Source: Camelus dromedarius
Lineage: Eukaryota
Length of the DNA stretch: 60,000 nucleotides
Direction: 5' to 3'
NCBI RefSeq assembly: GCF_036321535.1
Contig: NC_087438.1
Coordinates: forward strand, 11,782,001 to 11,842,000
Of the stretch, positions 48,627-60,000 are shown one piece after another; position 1 is the first letter of the stretch; the number at the start of each line of letters is the position of its first letter. The notes under the pieces were generated by a model. The model was not told where the DNA came from. It searched no databases and saw only the letters and a program-made list of their open reading frames with translations. Position numbers and translations under genes: made by a program.

Positions 48627-50130
48627 TGAAATCAATTTGAAATATGTCCACAACGTAGGCAATGCTGTCTCTTTATGCCAGCTTCATTTTTCAAAAACAA
48701 TCTGCTAGATTTACTGTTTATATTCTGTCTTGCATATAATCTTCTAACTGTTCCAAATATTTTGATAATAAATGTTCTCCATAAATAACTCATTTGAAAT
48801 CTTTTGAAATGGTCTTTGCCCCAAACTGATAAGACTAGGTAGAAAACTCCTGTGCAGGTAAGACAAAAGCAAAGATGGTGACCCCACCTTGAACTTCAGG
48901 TCTTCCTCTTTATTGTCTCCTAATCAAGCCGCACTTTTCAACTTGGGGAGGAGAGGGATGAACCAGAGTGTTACTCTCTGTTTATAGCAACTGCCTGGCC
49001 TTTCCAACCTTAAGGGAGCCACACATCTGAAACATAAACCTGATTTCCAAACACCAGGTTTTAATCATGCACGTATCAGTACCTCAGATTTTCTCTTCTC
49101 CATCTTTAGCATATGCAGGTTCATTTATGGAACAGTTTTTTCCACATCGAGTGAGAATTCACTAGAAGATCTGAGAACCATTTGGAAATTTTGGATTGTA
49201 TGAACTCCTGGATGAATGATTTCTCTTTGGCACATGGGAAGGAAGAGCTGAAAGATCATTGAAGATTATTTACAATGTCCATTTAAAAAAAACCCTCTAA
49301 AATTCTTTTTCCCCCAACTAGTTTAATGAGAAAATAATTTGAATAAAGAAATCATGGAATTCTTTGGTGGCTTCTTTTTGACAAAGGGTACAAGCCCCAC
49401 TGTTATATAACGTATATAGTTGGAAGTGGATAGGAACTCTCTGAGCCATACAGTTAGATTAAATTCTTGTATTATTCTTTTTAGAAATGCAGGAGCTGAA
49501 GCAAGAAATGAACTGTGTCCTTTTGTTACTTTTTTTTTCCTTTCAACTAAATCTTGTTTCAGTGATCCATGTCTGTATCCTCCAAAAGGAGGATTCAATT
49601 TTTACTTTAAAACATCTTCAATTTTTGCTTTGAAAAATGGGCTTGGGCCACAACCTTCCCTGTCAGACACTTTAATTTGTTCTGGCCTTTCTGGAAAGCA
49701 CTGTCAACCTGGGTTTTGCCAGCAGCCTGAATGGAGTAATGCCCCTGCAGCGGGCTACCAAGTTTGCCAGTAGGAGCAGGAGGCATTGTGGAAAATAGAG
49801 AAATTCCTTGGCTTTCAGACCATGAGCACACCCGTCTGCATTTTGCCATCTCGGGCCTCTCTAGATCCTAGTCGGCACTGACACTCGTTCCTTCATTACC
49901 TGGGAGGAGCTGGTGGGAAAGAAAGACTGGCCAGAAACGAAACCAAAAGCCTATCTGGCAATGAGTTTTTTAAAACTGCTTGAAACAACACACTGGATCT
50001 GAGACGATATCAAGCTAGCATCTGCATCATAATCACAGTGGCTCCTGCAGGAAGATCCTCTGTTCTATTCTCTATTCAGAAACTGTCATTGACTGGCTTA
50101 CAAACCAGTCTTTGAAAGCAGATTATTCTT

Positions 50131-50267
50131 TTTTTTTATTTAGTTTTTTTTGGGGGGGGGGGTGCATAATTAGGTTTATTATTTATTTTTAGAGGAACTG
50201 GGGTTTGAATCCAGGACCTCGTGCATGCTAAGTGTGCACTCTACCACTTGAGCTATACAGTCCTCCA
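50131..50267 (-). mobile_element. Camelid tRNA-derived SINE (vic-1-like)
   Basis: Reverse A/B boxes (ctaccacttgagctata; ttgaatcca); TSD tga(a/g)agcagat(t/a)attcttt at 50113-50131 and 50268-50286. Confidence 0.88.
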
Positions 50268-50604
50268 TGAGAGCAGATAATTCTTTAACAGATTTTACCA
50301 TATTTTGATTTATCCACAGATCTCCCTCCCCATGCTCACTAATGTTCCAGTTATTACCCAAGAGAAGCCATGGCCAGGCTACAGCAGCTCCTAGCTGGAC
50401 CCCAGCACAGGCGGAGGACAAGTTCTTTGCACAAACAGACTTAGCAAGTGTTTGTTGTCACAGGATTAATTTATTTTTGAGAAGCTTCTTTAAATCATTA
50501 TCACCCATTGCCCTAAAATTCAATAAAATCTCTAGCAAACACGAAGACCCCGCTGCACAGCAAAATAGAATCAAACAAATTTTTTCATTCCCTATTCATT
50601 TAGA

Positions 50605-50760
50605 TTTGAGGTTCTTAAACATTTTTTATGACATGGACCCCTTTGGCATTTACATGAAATCTATACACTCAGAATAATAGTTTTTTAAATCATAAAAGAG
50701 AATAGATAAAATTATAAAGGAAACCAATAATATTGAAGTATCATCATCGACATACCTAAA
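50605..50760. mobile_element. hAT-Charlie-like fragment, related to 48445-48626
   Basis: ggttcttaa..catggacccctttggca..tcagaataat..aaaggaaaccaat.atattgaa. Confidence 0.6.
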
Positions 50761-50774
50761 AATAAGTCTGGTGG

Positions 50775-51123
50775 ATTTTGGGCTTCTGGTCCAACATGTA
50801 GGGAGTTTAGAAGTGCGTACTCTGTCCCAACAACAAATAAAAAGCTGAACAACTGAAAAAGCAGCAGCTCCTCTGAGATCTGACAGAGAAGGTAGGTCAC
50901 CCGGCTAACCACTGCCCCTGAATTGGAGACACAGACAGGCAGAAATAGAATCACAACTTTCCGGAACAGAAATCCATGAGCAGAAACCACTTCTGGGACC
51001 TGCACAGGGGTAGGAAAATCTGAACTGTAATTGATGAATTGCTGGAGAGAATCTTTTTAACAAATGGTGCTAGAACAACTAGATATGCACCTGCAAAGAC
51101 TGAATCTAGACACAGACCTTACA
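50775..51123 (+). mobile_element. L1MC-like 5' end joined to a late ORF2 fragment
   Basis: ggcttctggtccaacatg..aaagctgaacaactgaaaa..gaactgtaattgatgaattgctggag then aatctttttaacaaatggtgctagaacaact. Confidence 0.65.
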
Positions 51124-51245
51124 TTGTGGTTCTTGGCTGGACAACCGGGCCAGGCAGATTTGACAGTCTCCAGCACAGATGACAGCAGTACTCAAGTTAT
51201 CAACCCTACTACCAGCAGAAGCAGCACATCTCATTGACATGGAGG

Positions 51246-51616
51246 TGTGCTTTGGACTGAATTGTGTCTTCCTTTAAATATACATTGAAGTCCTAACCCT
51301 CAGTATGAGTATATTTTGATATAGGGCCCTTCAAAGTTAATTCTGTTTAGATGAGGTCATGACAATGGGACTCTCATGCTGACATGTGTGACTTTAAAAG
51401 AAGAAGAGGATAGAGATCATGCTCTCTTTCTGCCAAGTGAACACACAGTGAGAGGACACATGTCTGCAAGCCAGGGAGAGCGTCCTTGTCAGGAACCAAA
51501 TCAGCTGGCACCTTGATTGTCGACCTCGCAGACAACAAAATTGTGAGAAATAAATATCTATTGTTTAAGCCAACCACTCTGTGATCCTTTTTATTGCAGC
51601 CTGAGCCGAGATAAGA
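51246..51616 (+). mobile_element. MLT1A-like solo LTR
   Basis: ggactgaattgtgtc..ttgaagtcctaacc..ctgcaagccagg..gagaaataaat..gtttaagcca. Confidence 0.85.
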
Positions 51617-51809
51617 TTCCTTGTGTAGCAGAGAGAGGATCAGAGCAAAAGAGGAGGAAAAAGCATCACAGATGATCAGCTGTTGGCAAGACTTGCTTCT
51701 GGGTACGATTAAGTATTTCTAAGAAATACTTTGTGTCAACGCTACAGGAAACTCAGGACCTGCATTGTAACAGGAGAGTCAAGGGCTAGTAAAACAGAAG
51801 TTAATAACA

Positions 51810-52050
51810 CCAACAATAGGTAACACATAGTTCTTGCTCAATGCCAGGCACTGGTCTAACAACTTCACATGTGCCTACTCATTTAATCTTCACAATGACT
51901 CTTTATAGGAGATGCTATTATATCTCCATTTAAGAGATTAAAAAAAAAAACTGAGTCATAAAATGTTTAAGAAATCTCCCTGAGTGTATACCGCTCTGAG
52001 AAGTGGTACTGGGATTTGAATCTAGACAGATTCTGGAGTCCTTTTACTGC
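51810..52050 (-). mobile_element. MIR
   Basis: tgccaggcactg.tctaa..ctcatttaatcttcacaa..ctgggatttgaatctag. Confidence 0.8.
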
Positions 52051-52059
52051 TAAATTGTG

Positions 52060-52190
52060 TCTGGAAGAAGAAATAGATTCTTCCCCCAGAGCCTACGGAG
52101 CCCCAGAGATGTCAGCCAAGCCCATCCAGATTTCTGCGAATTTAACAAACTGTGAATGAATACATGGGTGTTGTTTTAAGCTACTAAACA
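52060..52190 (+). mobile_element. MLT1 3' fragment
   Basis: agattcttcccccagagcct..aactgtga..aatacatgggtgttgttttaagctactaa. Confidence 0.6.
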
Positions 52191-53216
52191 AACATTTATC
52201 CTATGTCACCCCCTTACCCTATGTTACAGCAAATGTCTCTAAACAATGTTTTCAGTTTCTGTTGTTAGTAAGGCTTCAATTGGGTTCACCCAACTGAACT
52301 GCTGGTCACAGTGTTTAAAACAGTGTTGTCTCTTCTTATGACACTGCCCTTGTTTGTCTCTCCCGCAGCAGTGTTGTTTTTCCCTTGTGCTGATACAGCA
52401 ACCATTAATTAACAGCAGACATCCACTCAGGGTCACTTACGCTCTGTATCATCTGGTGCACTGTCAGCTGTGTTTGCTCAGGATGCCTGGAATTTTGTTA
52501 ACCAGGTTCCACCATCCTCTGAGCAATCACTGCCTATATTTAGAGTTCTGCCATGTTAATCAAAGTGTGATATGTCAGATCAGACTGCCCATGGAATTAG
52601 TTTTACTCTCTACATACTTTATTATTTTAATTGTAAAATTGCTTTTGTTTTGACATTTGGCAGGTTGTAGCTTCAGCAAGTTGGAGGAAAATGGTGGCTC
52701 ACAAACCACTATTGGATTCTGTAAGTCATTGTTGCTACAACACGTAGCTTGCTTCCTGGTCGTGGTAAAATATGCACATCAGGGTCTCTTACTAAACTTG
52801 GCTCATGATTCATGACCTGGTCTCAACTGAAAAAAAAAAAAAAATGACTTGCCTTTCCAAACAGAGCCTCTGGAGGCTACAAGGCTCAACTATAATTCTT
52901 TTATTAAAGAATCTCCAACTTCAAGGAAGTAGGTCACTAGGTGAGACCAGAATCAGTTTCCTAAATATATATATAGAGAGAGAAGGATGCTGGGAACCCG
53001 CAAATTAAAATGAGGAAGGATAAAAACAAAGATTTGCAAATGAAAGAAAGCATTGAACTCAGAATCCCACCACCAAAACAGTTTGAAGGTAGTGAAGGTA
53101 GTCTCTGAGTCTGGAAGAAGGTGGAGAGAAAATCTTTAAGAAGTCAGATAAAAGATGGATTGGGAACCTATGTTCATATTAGAAGGAAATAAGCAGCTTT
53201 AAAAGCAGAGAAGTCA

Positions 53217-53648
53217 CATTTGCAGCAACATAGATAGACCTGGAGATCGTCATTTTAAGTGAAGTAAGCCAGAAAGAGAAAGAAAAATACCATATGATAT
53301 CACTCATATGTGGAATTTAAAAAAAAAAAGAAAGGACACTGAACTCATCTACAAAACAGAAACAGACTAGCAGACTTAGTAAACAATCTTATGGTTATCA
53401 TGGTAAGGAGGTGGGAGGGGATAATTTGGGAGTTTGAGATTTACAGATGTTAGCCACTATATATAAAAATAGATTTTTTTAAGTTTCTTTCGTATAGCAC
53501 AGGGAACTATGTTCAATATCTTGTAGTAACCTTTAATGAAAAAGAATATGAAAACGAATATATGTATGTATACGCATGACTGGGACATTTGTGCTGCACA
53601 CCAGAAACTGACACATTGTAACTGACTGTACTTTGATTTTAAAAAAAA
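53217..53648 (+). mobile_element. Camelid L1 3' end
   Basis: catttgcagcaacatagatagacctggag..gacacattgtaactgactgtactt. Confidence 0.92.
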
Positions 53649-53711
53649 GAGCAGGCAAATATCTGCCTTCAAAGATCATTTTAAATACAGTATTTAAAAG
53701 GTAAGCAGTTA

Positions 53712-54720
53712 AAACAACAAGATGTCACTCACTACACACCTATTAAAATGGCCAAAACCCAGAACACTGACAACACCAAATGTTGACAAGGATGTGGAGC
53801 AACAGAACTGGTGGGAAAGCAAAACGACATGGCCACTTTGGAAGACAGTTTGATGGTTTCTTGCAAAACTACACATACTCTTACCATATGATCTAGCATC
53901 CATGCACCTGTGTGTTTCCCCAAGAGAGCCGACAGCTTCTGTCCACACAAAAACCTGCACACACATGTCTATAGAAGCTTCATTCATAATTGCCCAGACT
54001 TGGAAGTGACAAAAATGTCCTTCAGTGGGTGAATGGATAATTAAACTGTGGTACACCCAGACAATGGAGTATTATCCAGTGCTAAAAAGAAATGAGCTAT
54101 CAGGCCAGGAAAAGGTGTGGAGGAAACGTAAAAACTTAAATATGATTAAGTGAAGAAGCCAGTCTGAAAAGGGAGAGATGGAAGAACAGGTGGAGCACAG
54201 AGGATTTTTAGGGCAATGAAACTAGTCTGTTTGATACTATAATATATCATAATTATACTATAATATATAATAATTATAACATAATTATACTATAATATAA
54301 TATATCATAATTATACTATAATCATATAATATATTATATTATAATTATATCATAATTATACTATAATAATTAATAATTATATATAATATATCATAATTAT
54401 ACTATAATAATTATTATGTGTACTATAATACTATAATGTATTATAATATGTAATACATGTCATCATACATTTGTCCAAACCCATAGAATGTACAACAGCA
54501 GGGTGAACCTTAATGTAAACTCTGGACTCTGGATGATCATGGTGTGTCAACGTAGGTTCATCAGTTGTATCAAATGTACCACTTTGGTGGGAGATGTTCA
54601 TGATGGGGAAGCTATGCATGTGTGATGGGATGGCAGGGGGAGTGTGGGAAATCTCTGCCCCTTCTTCTCAATTTTGCTGTGAACCTAAAATTATTCTAAA
54701 GAAATAAAGTCATTTTTTTT
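53712..54720 (+). mobile_element. L1MC-like ORF2 end plus 3' UTR
   Basis: cactacacacctattaaaatggccaaaa.ccagaacactgacaacaccaaatg..tttgctgtgaacctaaaa. Confidence 0.9.
54233..54450. repeat. AT-rich minisatellite (~21 bp unit atactataatatatcataatt) within L1MC
   Basis: Repeated cataattatactataat units. Confidence 0.85.
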
Positions 54721-54965
54721 AAAGTGAGCAACATTCTTCTAGGAATTTCTCTTAGAAATGTCAAAATATGTGTACAATGATATCTGTTCTGGCTTTGATT
54801 ACACATAGAAAATTTAGAAAAAATCTAAATGTTGAACAAGAGAGCATCCTATTATCCCTCACAGTTTATAAGGCATCTCTCAAATATGAAAGTGTCCATC
54901 TGCATTTATTGTAATGGAAAAATGCTTGGGACTCATCGCCCAGTGAGAAATTAGAATAATGAGGA

Positions 54966-55735
54966 TTTTTTTGTTGAAGTATAGATGACTTACAATATTA
55001 TGTTAGCTTCAGGTATATAGCAAAGTGATTCAGTCATATATATGTTTTTTCAGTTTTTTTCATTATATATTATTACAAGATGTTGCATATATTTCACTGT
55101 ACTTTATGGTAAATCCTTGTTGTTTACCTGTTTTATACATAGTAGTGTGTATCTGTTAATTCCATATGCCTAATTTATCCCTCTGTTCACTTTCTCCTTT
55201 GGTAACCATAAATTTGTTTTCTGTGTCTGTGAGACTCTATTTTGTAAATAAATTCATTTGTATTATTTTTAGATTACACACACAGTTGACATCATATAAT
55301 ATTTGTCTTTCTCTGACTTACTTCACTCAGTGTGATAATTTCTAGGTCCATACATGTTGCTGCAAAGGCAATATTTCATTTTTTATGGCTGAGTAATGTT
55401 CCATTGTGTGTATGTATATATATACACCACATCTTCTCTATCCAGTCATCTGTTGATGGATGTTTAGCTTGCTTCCATGGCTTGGCTATTATAAATAGTG
55501 CTGCTATGAACATTGGGGAGCATGTATCTTTTCTAATTAGAATTTTCTCTAGATATATGCCCAGGAGAGGGATTACTGGGTTATATATTAAGTCTATTTT
55601 TAGTTTTTTAAGGAATTTTCATGCTGTTTTCCATAGCAGTTGCACCAATTAACATTCCCACCAACAGTGTAGGAGAGTTCCTTTTTCTTCACACCCTCCC
55701 CAGCATTTATTATTTGTAGACTTTTTGATGATTTT
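54966..55735 (-). mobile_element. L1 3' region (artiodactyl-type)
   Basis: ttgaagtatagatgacttacaat..aatagtgctgctatgaacattgggg..cattcccaccaacagtgtagga. Confidence 0.92.
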
Positions 55736-55759
55736 TTTAATGAATATCTACAATGCACT

Positions 55760-56010
55760 AGTTGTCACACTTACCTCATTTTAACCCCTGTAACCAGCCT
55801 CTGGGTGTACATGTTATTTTTGTCTAATTTCATATGAGGAAACTGAGCCTACAGGTGGTTAAGCACCTTGTGTGAGTACTTTCTGACTTAAGTTAGATAC
55901 TTATGTTAAGTTACTTACTCAAGTTTAGTACTTAGGTTAAGTGCTTACAGAGCCAGTGAGCAGGAAGGCTGTGGTTTAAACATGGGTTTTTCTGACCCTA
56001 AAACTCATAC
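55760..56010 (-). mobile_element. MIR with internal degenerate tandem repeat (~55885-55950)
   Basis: atgaggaaactgag..ggttaag; repeated acttaagtt-like units. Confidence 0.65.
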
Positions 56011-56859
56011 CCTAAACTGTTTAGAAAAGCATACAGAATATGATCTCATTTCCTTAAGAAAAAAGAACTCGTAAGTATATAGTCCTAGTAAACAATTTCA
56101 TCTGTTCCATGGCGCACTCTTTTTTCACGACCTGGCTGCAGCTTAAAATCGATTGTGTCCTACAGTTGCTGACAGTTTGGAGTAAAGAGGCTGAATTCTT
56201 CAGAGAGGATTTGGAATTGATTCTGCCAGCTTTTTAGTTAAATTAAATTAAATTCTCTTCTTTAGGAGTGTTGGACCACTTGGGAGCTATGACTTTAGAT
56301 GGCACACCTATACAGAGGTAACAACTTGTGCACTTGAAATTCTCAAGGGAGAATTTTTTCCTTCCTCCACCCAGCACTAAGTTAAGAATAAAAGTGTCTT
56401 TCTGTTCCTTTCTGTATGGTGTGTGTGTATCTTTTGGGTCCCAGATTTATTTGGGGAGGTTGGGTGACAGGGGTATCTGTTATCTTAATAAACTTGAATC
56501 TTGGGTTTCTATCTGTCTTAGTGTTATGTCTCATAATTAATAACTTTTTAGATTATATAAAATATGCTACTTAACATATTTTATGAGTAGGCAGAGACAC
56601 ATTTGAGGACAATCAGGCTTTGGTGAGTGGCTGGTTGTTGTATCTGGAAGATGGGAAAACATAGGAGCCAAAGTTGTCTCATAAATTTCCAGCCTGGGAT
56701 ACGGGAGAGGTACACCCAGAGGAAGATATCAAGAGGTAGATTTATTTGTGTGCTTTTATTTTGTTCCATTTATTTAATATATTCTTTTGGTAGATTTGGG
56801 GCAATAATAAATTCAACTCGTATTGGTAGATATAAGATGCTTGAAGGGTATTCAGGGAG

Positions 56860-57190
56860 CAATGACAAATATCTTCAGTTGGAAATGTAAGTGGGGGTTA
56901 GTAGCTATGGTGGTAAATATAGATCTGGAATCATGAGCAGATAGGTAACAGCAGAAGTTATGACAGAAAATAGTATCACCTGGTGAGCAGAACAGAACAA
57001 GGAAAAGAGCAAACGATAGCGGAACCCATTGTCAGTTTAAGGAGGAGGGGAAGGAAAAGGAGTGATCGGAGAGTGATGTAAAACTCGGATAGTGAAATTT
57101 TGGATGGTATGTCAGGGAGATTTTCGGGAGTTATCTAAAGACATGTAGAATGAACCCCAGAACAGATCACTGAATTGGAAAATGAAGTCA
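56860..57190 (-). mobile_element. L2 fragment
   Basis: cagttggaaatgta..atatagatctggaatcatgagcagataggta. Confidence 0.5.
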
Positions 57191-57198
57191 ACTCTGAC

Positions 57199-57614
57199 TG
57201 ACTGAGTTTGTCCTGGCTGCTCTAACAAACATATCACGGTCTAGGTGGCTTAAACAGCAAATGTTTATTTCTCATCGTTATGGACGGAAAGCTGGAGTTC
57301 CAAGATCAGGGTACCAGCATGGTCAGGTTCTTGGTGAACACTTTCTTCCAGGATTGCAGATGCTGTATCCTTACACGGTAGGCACAGAGGGAGGGAGGGA
57401 GAGACAGAGAAGGAAAGAGAAAAGAGAGAAAGAGAGAGAGAAAGAGAGCTAGCCTTCTGTTCTTATAAGGGCACTAACCCCATCACAGGGGCTCCATCCT
57501 CATGACCTCACCCAGTCGTAATTGCCTCCTGAGGCCCCACCTCCTAATACCATCAGATTGGGGGTTGACTTCAATATATGAATTTTGGAGTATGCAAACA
57601 TTTAGTCCATAGCA
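57199..57614 (-). mobile_element. MLT1A-like solo LTR
   Basis: ggtggcttaaacagcaa..tccaagatcagggtaccagcatgg..cttataagggcactaa..aacatttagtccatagca. Confidence 0.88.
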
Positions 57615-57829
57615 ATAACCTTGGCAAAAACAGTTTTGAGAGGATAAGGTTAGCAGATGCACTGGAACAAGCTGAGGAATAAATGGGGTCATAGAGAGTG
57701 GATGGGGAGTGGAGTACTCTTACATGGAGGCTGACCCCAAAAGAAAGGAAAGAACCATATCTGGTCAGACTGTTGTTCAAGCAGCCATGGGGCCTGGGGA
57801 GAGATGGGAAAGATGCAGCAATGAACACA

Positions 57830-57985
57830 TGCGATCCTTACAAGATTCCCCTCAAACAGCCTGTACCACCTACACTTTGCAGATGAGGAAACTGAGACTC
57901 AGAAAGATTAAATACATTTCTCCAGATCACCCAGCTGGGTAAGTGAATGAAGCCAGGATTTAAATCTAAGTCTCTGAATCTGATG
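57830..57985 (-). mobile_element. MIR
   Basis: tttgcagatgaggaaactgagactcaga..agccaggatttaaatctaag. Confidence 0.85.
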
Positions 57986-60000
57986 AGTCCCCATGCCCCA
58001 TGTGGAAGAGCGAAGGTTAAGTAATAAGCATGAGTTACAAATACGAGAGCTGCAGAGACATACAGTTGGGCGCAGATTACATAGATTCTGAACGCTGCTT
58101 TCTGGACAGAGGGGAACTCTGTCTTGGAGGCTGCTAAGGAGCATCAGTGACTTTAGCTGAATGCTTTTACTGAATCCTGCTATTCAGGTGGCACCTGGCA
58201 TAAGGAGATACTAGTAGGCACCTTAATAAAACTGAGTCTTACAAAAAGAATCATTATACACCTGTGCAGCAATCCGCAACCTAGGAGTACTGAAGCAAGT
58301 GCTTCTTTTTCTGGAAGATTCCTGCAATCTCCTCCCCTTGTTTAGCTCTAGTCTTCTGTCACTATTGGGTTATATAGAAGGCCTTCAAGGTTTGCCGGGA
58401 TGCAGTGCCATTGTTCAGAATTATGGCATTTAACCAAAGACTGAACTCAGAAAATTCAGCAGCCAGTCCTGCACTCAGTAAGATGAAGGATAAATACAGG
58501 GGCAACTGGCCTCGTAGTTCATTGCCTGACTTTCATACTTCTCCTCCGTTCTAAGAGTATTTCACTCTGCCCCTGTCCTCCATCTGTCTTTGTATTATTC
58601 TATACAACTGAAAGTCTCAAAACAGCTAAAGTGGATTTATGAGGCTCTAATGGGGGTCCCATTTATAACTGGGGCAAGCTGTGTTTCTTGTTGGCTTACT
58701 AGCCAGCTCTTTCTCAAAGACACTGTCCAGAAAAATCAGTTTTGTTGAAGTTGCATTTGGAATGCTGTCTGTCGCAAGTTTACCTCTTGCTCCCAGAAGT
58801 GTTCACTATTCTCAGGCCATTAGGTTAGAAGTGTGAATGGTTATATCATACAAAACACAAGAGTGGCCCAAAGCTTACAATAAGTGAACAGTTGAATGCA
58901 GCTATAATCACATATTTCGCATTTGCTTGTTTGAGGCTGGTAATAGGAAAAGTGACTACCGTTTCCACCTATGGTAAAAATTAAAGCATTCAATCATATA
59001 GGAAGATTTATTACACAAGATCAGGGAGCTGAAGATCCCGAGTTGTAGCTTTTTATATAACTACCATGTTTACCCAAAGAATTGGAAGTGGAAAATGATT
59101 TTCAGAAATAGAAATTCTCCAGCCTTTTTACAAATACACTGTGTGAGCCTGAACAAGCCCTTTTATTTCTCTGGTTCAAGGTCCCTCTGTCTGCCTTGAC
59201 TTTGTGGTCCCAGGGGAGAGACGTCTCCTCCTACTCTTGGACCAGAGCTGCTGTGACTGGCTTCCCCATCCATAGAGAATGGGAAGGATATCCAAGCTCA
59301 TCAAAGAGAAAACTATGACCACAAGGTGGCAGTCGCACACACAAGATTTATTTGGGTACCGCTTTGACAAGTTTACTCGTGGGGAGTTCCTCACGGCATG
59401 AAACTGTCCAAAGGCTACAGCAGAGGGACCACCACCCAGAAGAGGAGGAGGGCAAGGGAACACAGGGGACAGTGGATCAGAGAGGGAACTTGCACATCTA
59501 AGTGACGTCACTCAGCAGCCCAGCAAGGACTCTCTGGGTCAGAGGGCCCCAAACGACAGCAGCACTGACCTGAGGTCTTTGTAGCCCCAGAGTTCATCTT
59601 ATGTATGTCTGGAAGACCCCAAGCAGTTTCACAAGGCATGCAAACAAGGAAAGCTCTAAATGAAAAAAAAAAAAAATTGGCTTATTTGGGTTATTTTTAA
59701 AACAATTGGACGTGAAAAAAAAAATTGAGTTTGGCACAGACTTTTGAGCTAACAAGGCTTCACAGTCCTGAAGGAATAAACACTCTAGGGGCTCATCCAC
59801 AGTGGCTGCCTTTGGTTCATCTGTAAAGCTCCGTCTCTCTTTCGCACATCCTTTATCTCTGCCAGGAGCTCTGCTCCTGCTCACATCCCCACCTCGTCTC
59901 AGCTGCGCCCAGCTCCAGGTGGCAGTCCCAGCATGCTCCACTCCAGGCCTGTCACTCCTTGGCCCTCCATGCTCTGCAGACTGGAGTCGTGGTGCTCAGA

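Noticed and set aside
54233..54450. Repeat array as CRISPR-like structure
   Set aside because: No unique spacers; simple AT-rich tandem expansion in mammalian DNA
59594..59941. 115-aa ATG-initiated minus-strand ORF
   Set aside because: Runs through homopolymer tracts (poly-Phe); no recognisable homology

Overview
Mammalian nuclear DNA, very likely camelid (camel/llama/alpaca): it has two tRNA-derived vic-1-like SINEs with target-site duplications (TSDs) and many artiodactyl/camelid-type L1 3' ends. I find no credible protein-coding exon, RNA gene or CRISPR array, so the window reads as intergenic or deep intronic. Much of it is fossil transposable elements (MLT1/MLT2, L1, L2, MIR, hAT DNA transposons). 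The most notable items are: (i) an ~8 kb minus-strand ERV1/MER4-group-like provirus (19006-26965) with two diverged LTRs, a leader splice donor and an env transmembrane (TM) relic, but no long ORF; (ii) an unassigned ~325 bp poly(A)-tailed insertion with a 17-18 bp TSD (37277-37600) that looks like a retrocopied mRNA 3' UTR; (iii) several repeat-free, motif-dense segments that look like enhancers (e.g. 5350-5940, 30245-30445). Family names come from my recollection of consensus sequences, not a database search, and many boundaries are approximate. I see no solid evidence for a wholly new biological system.
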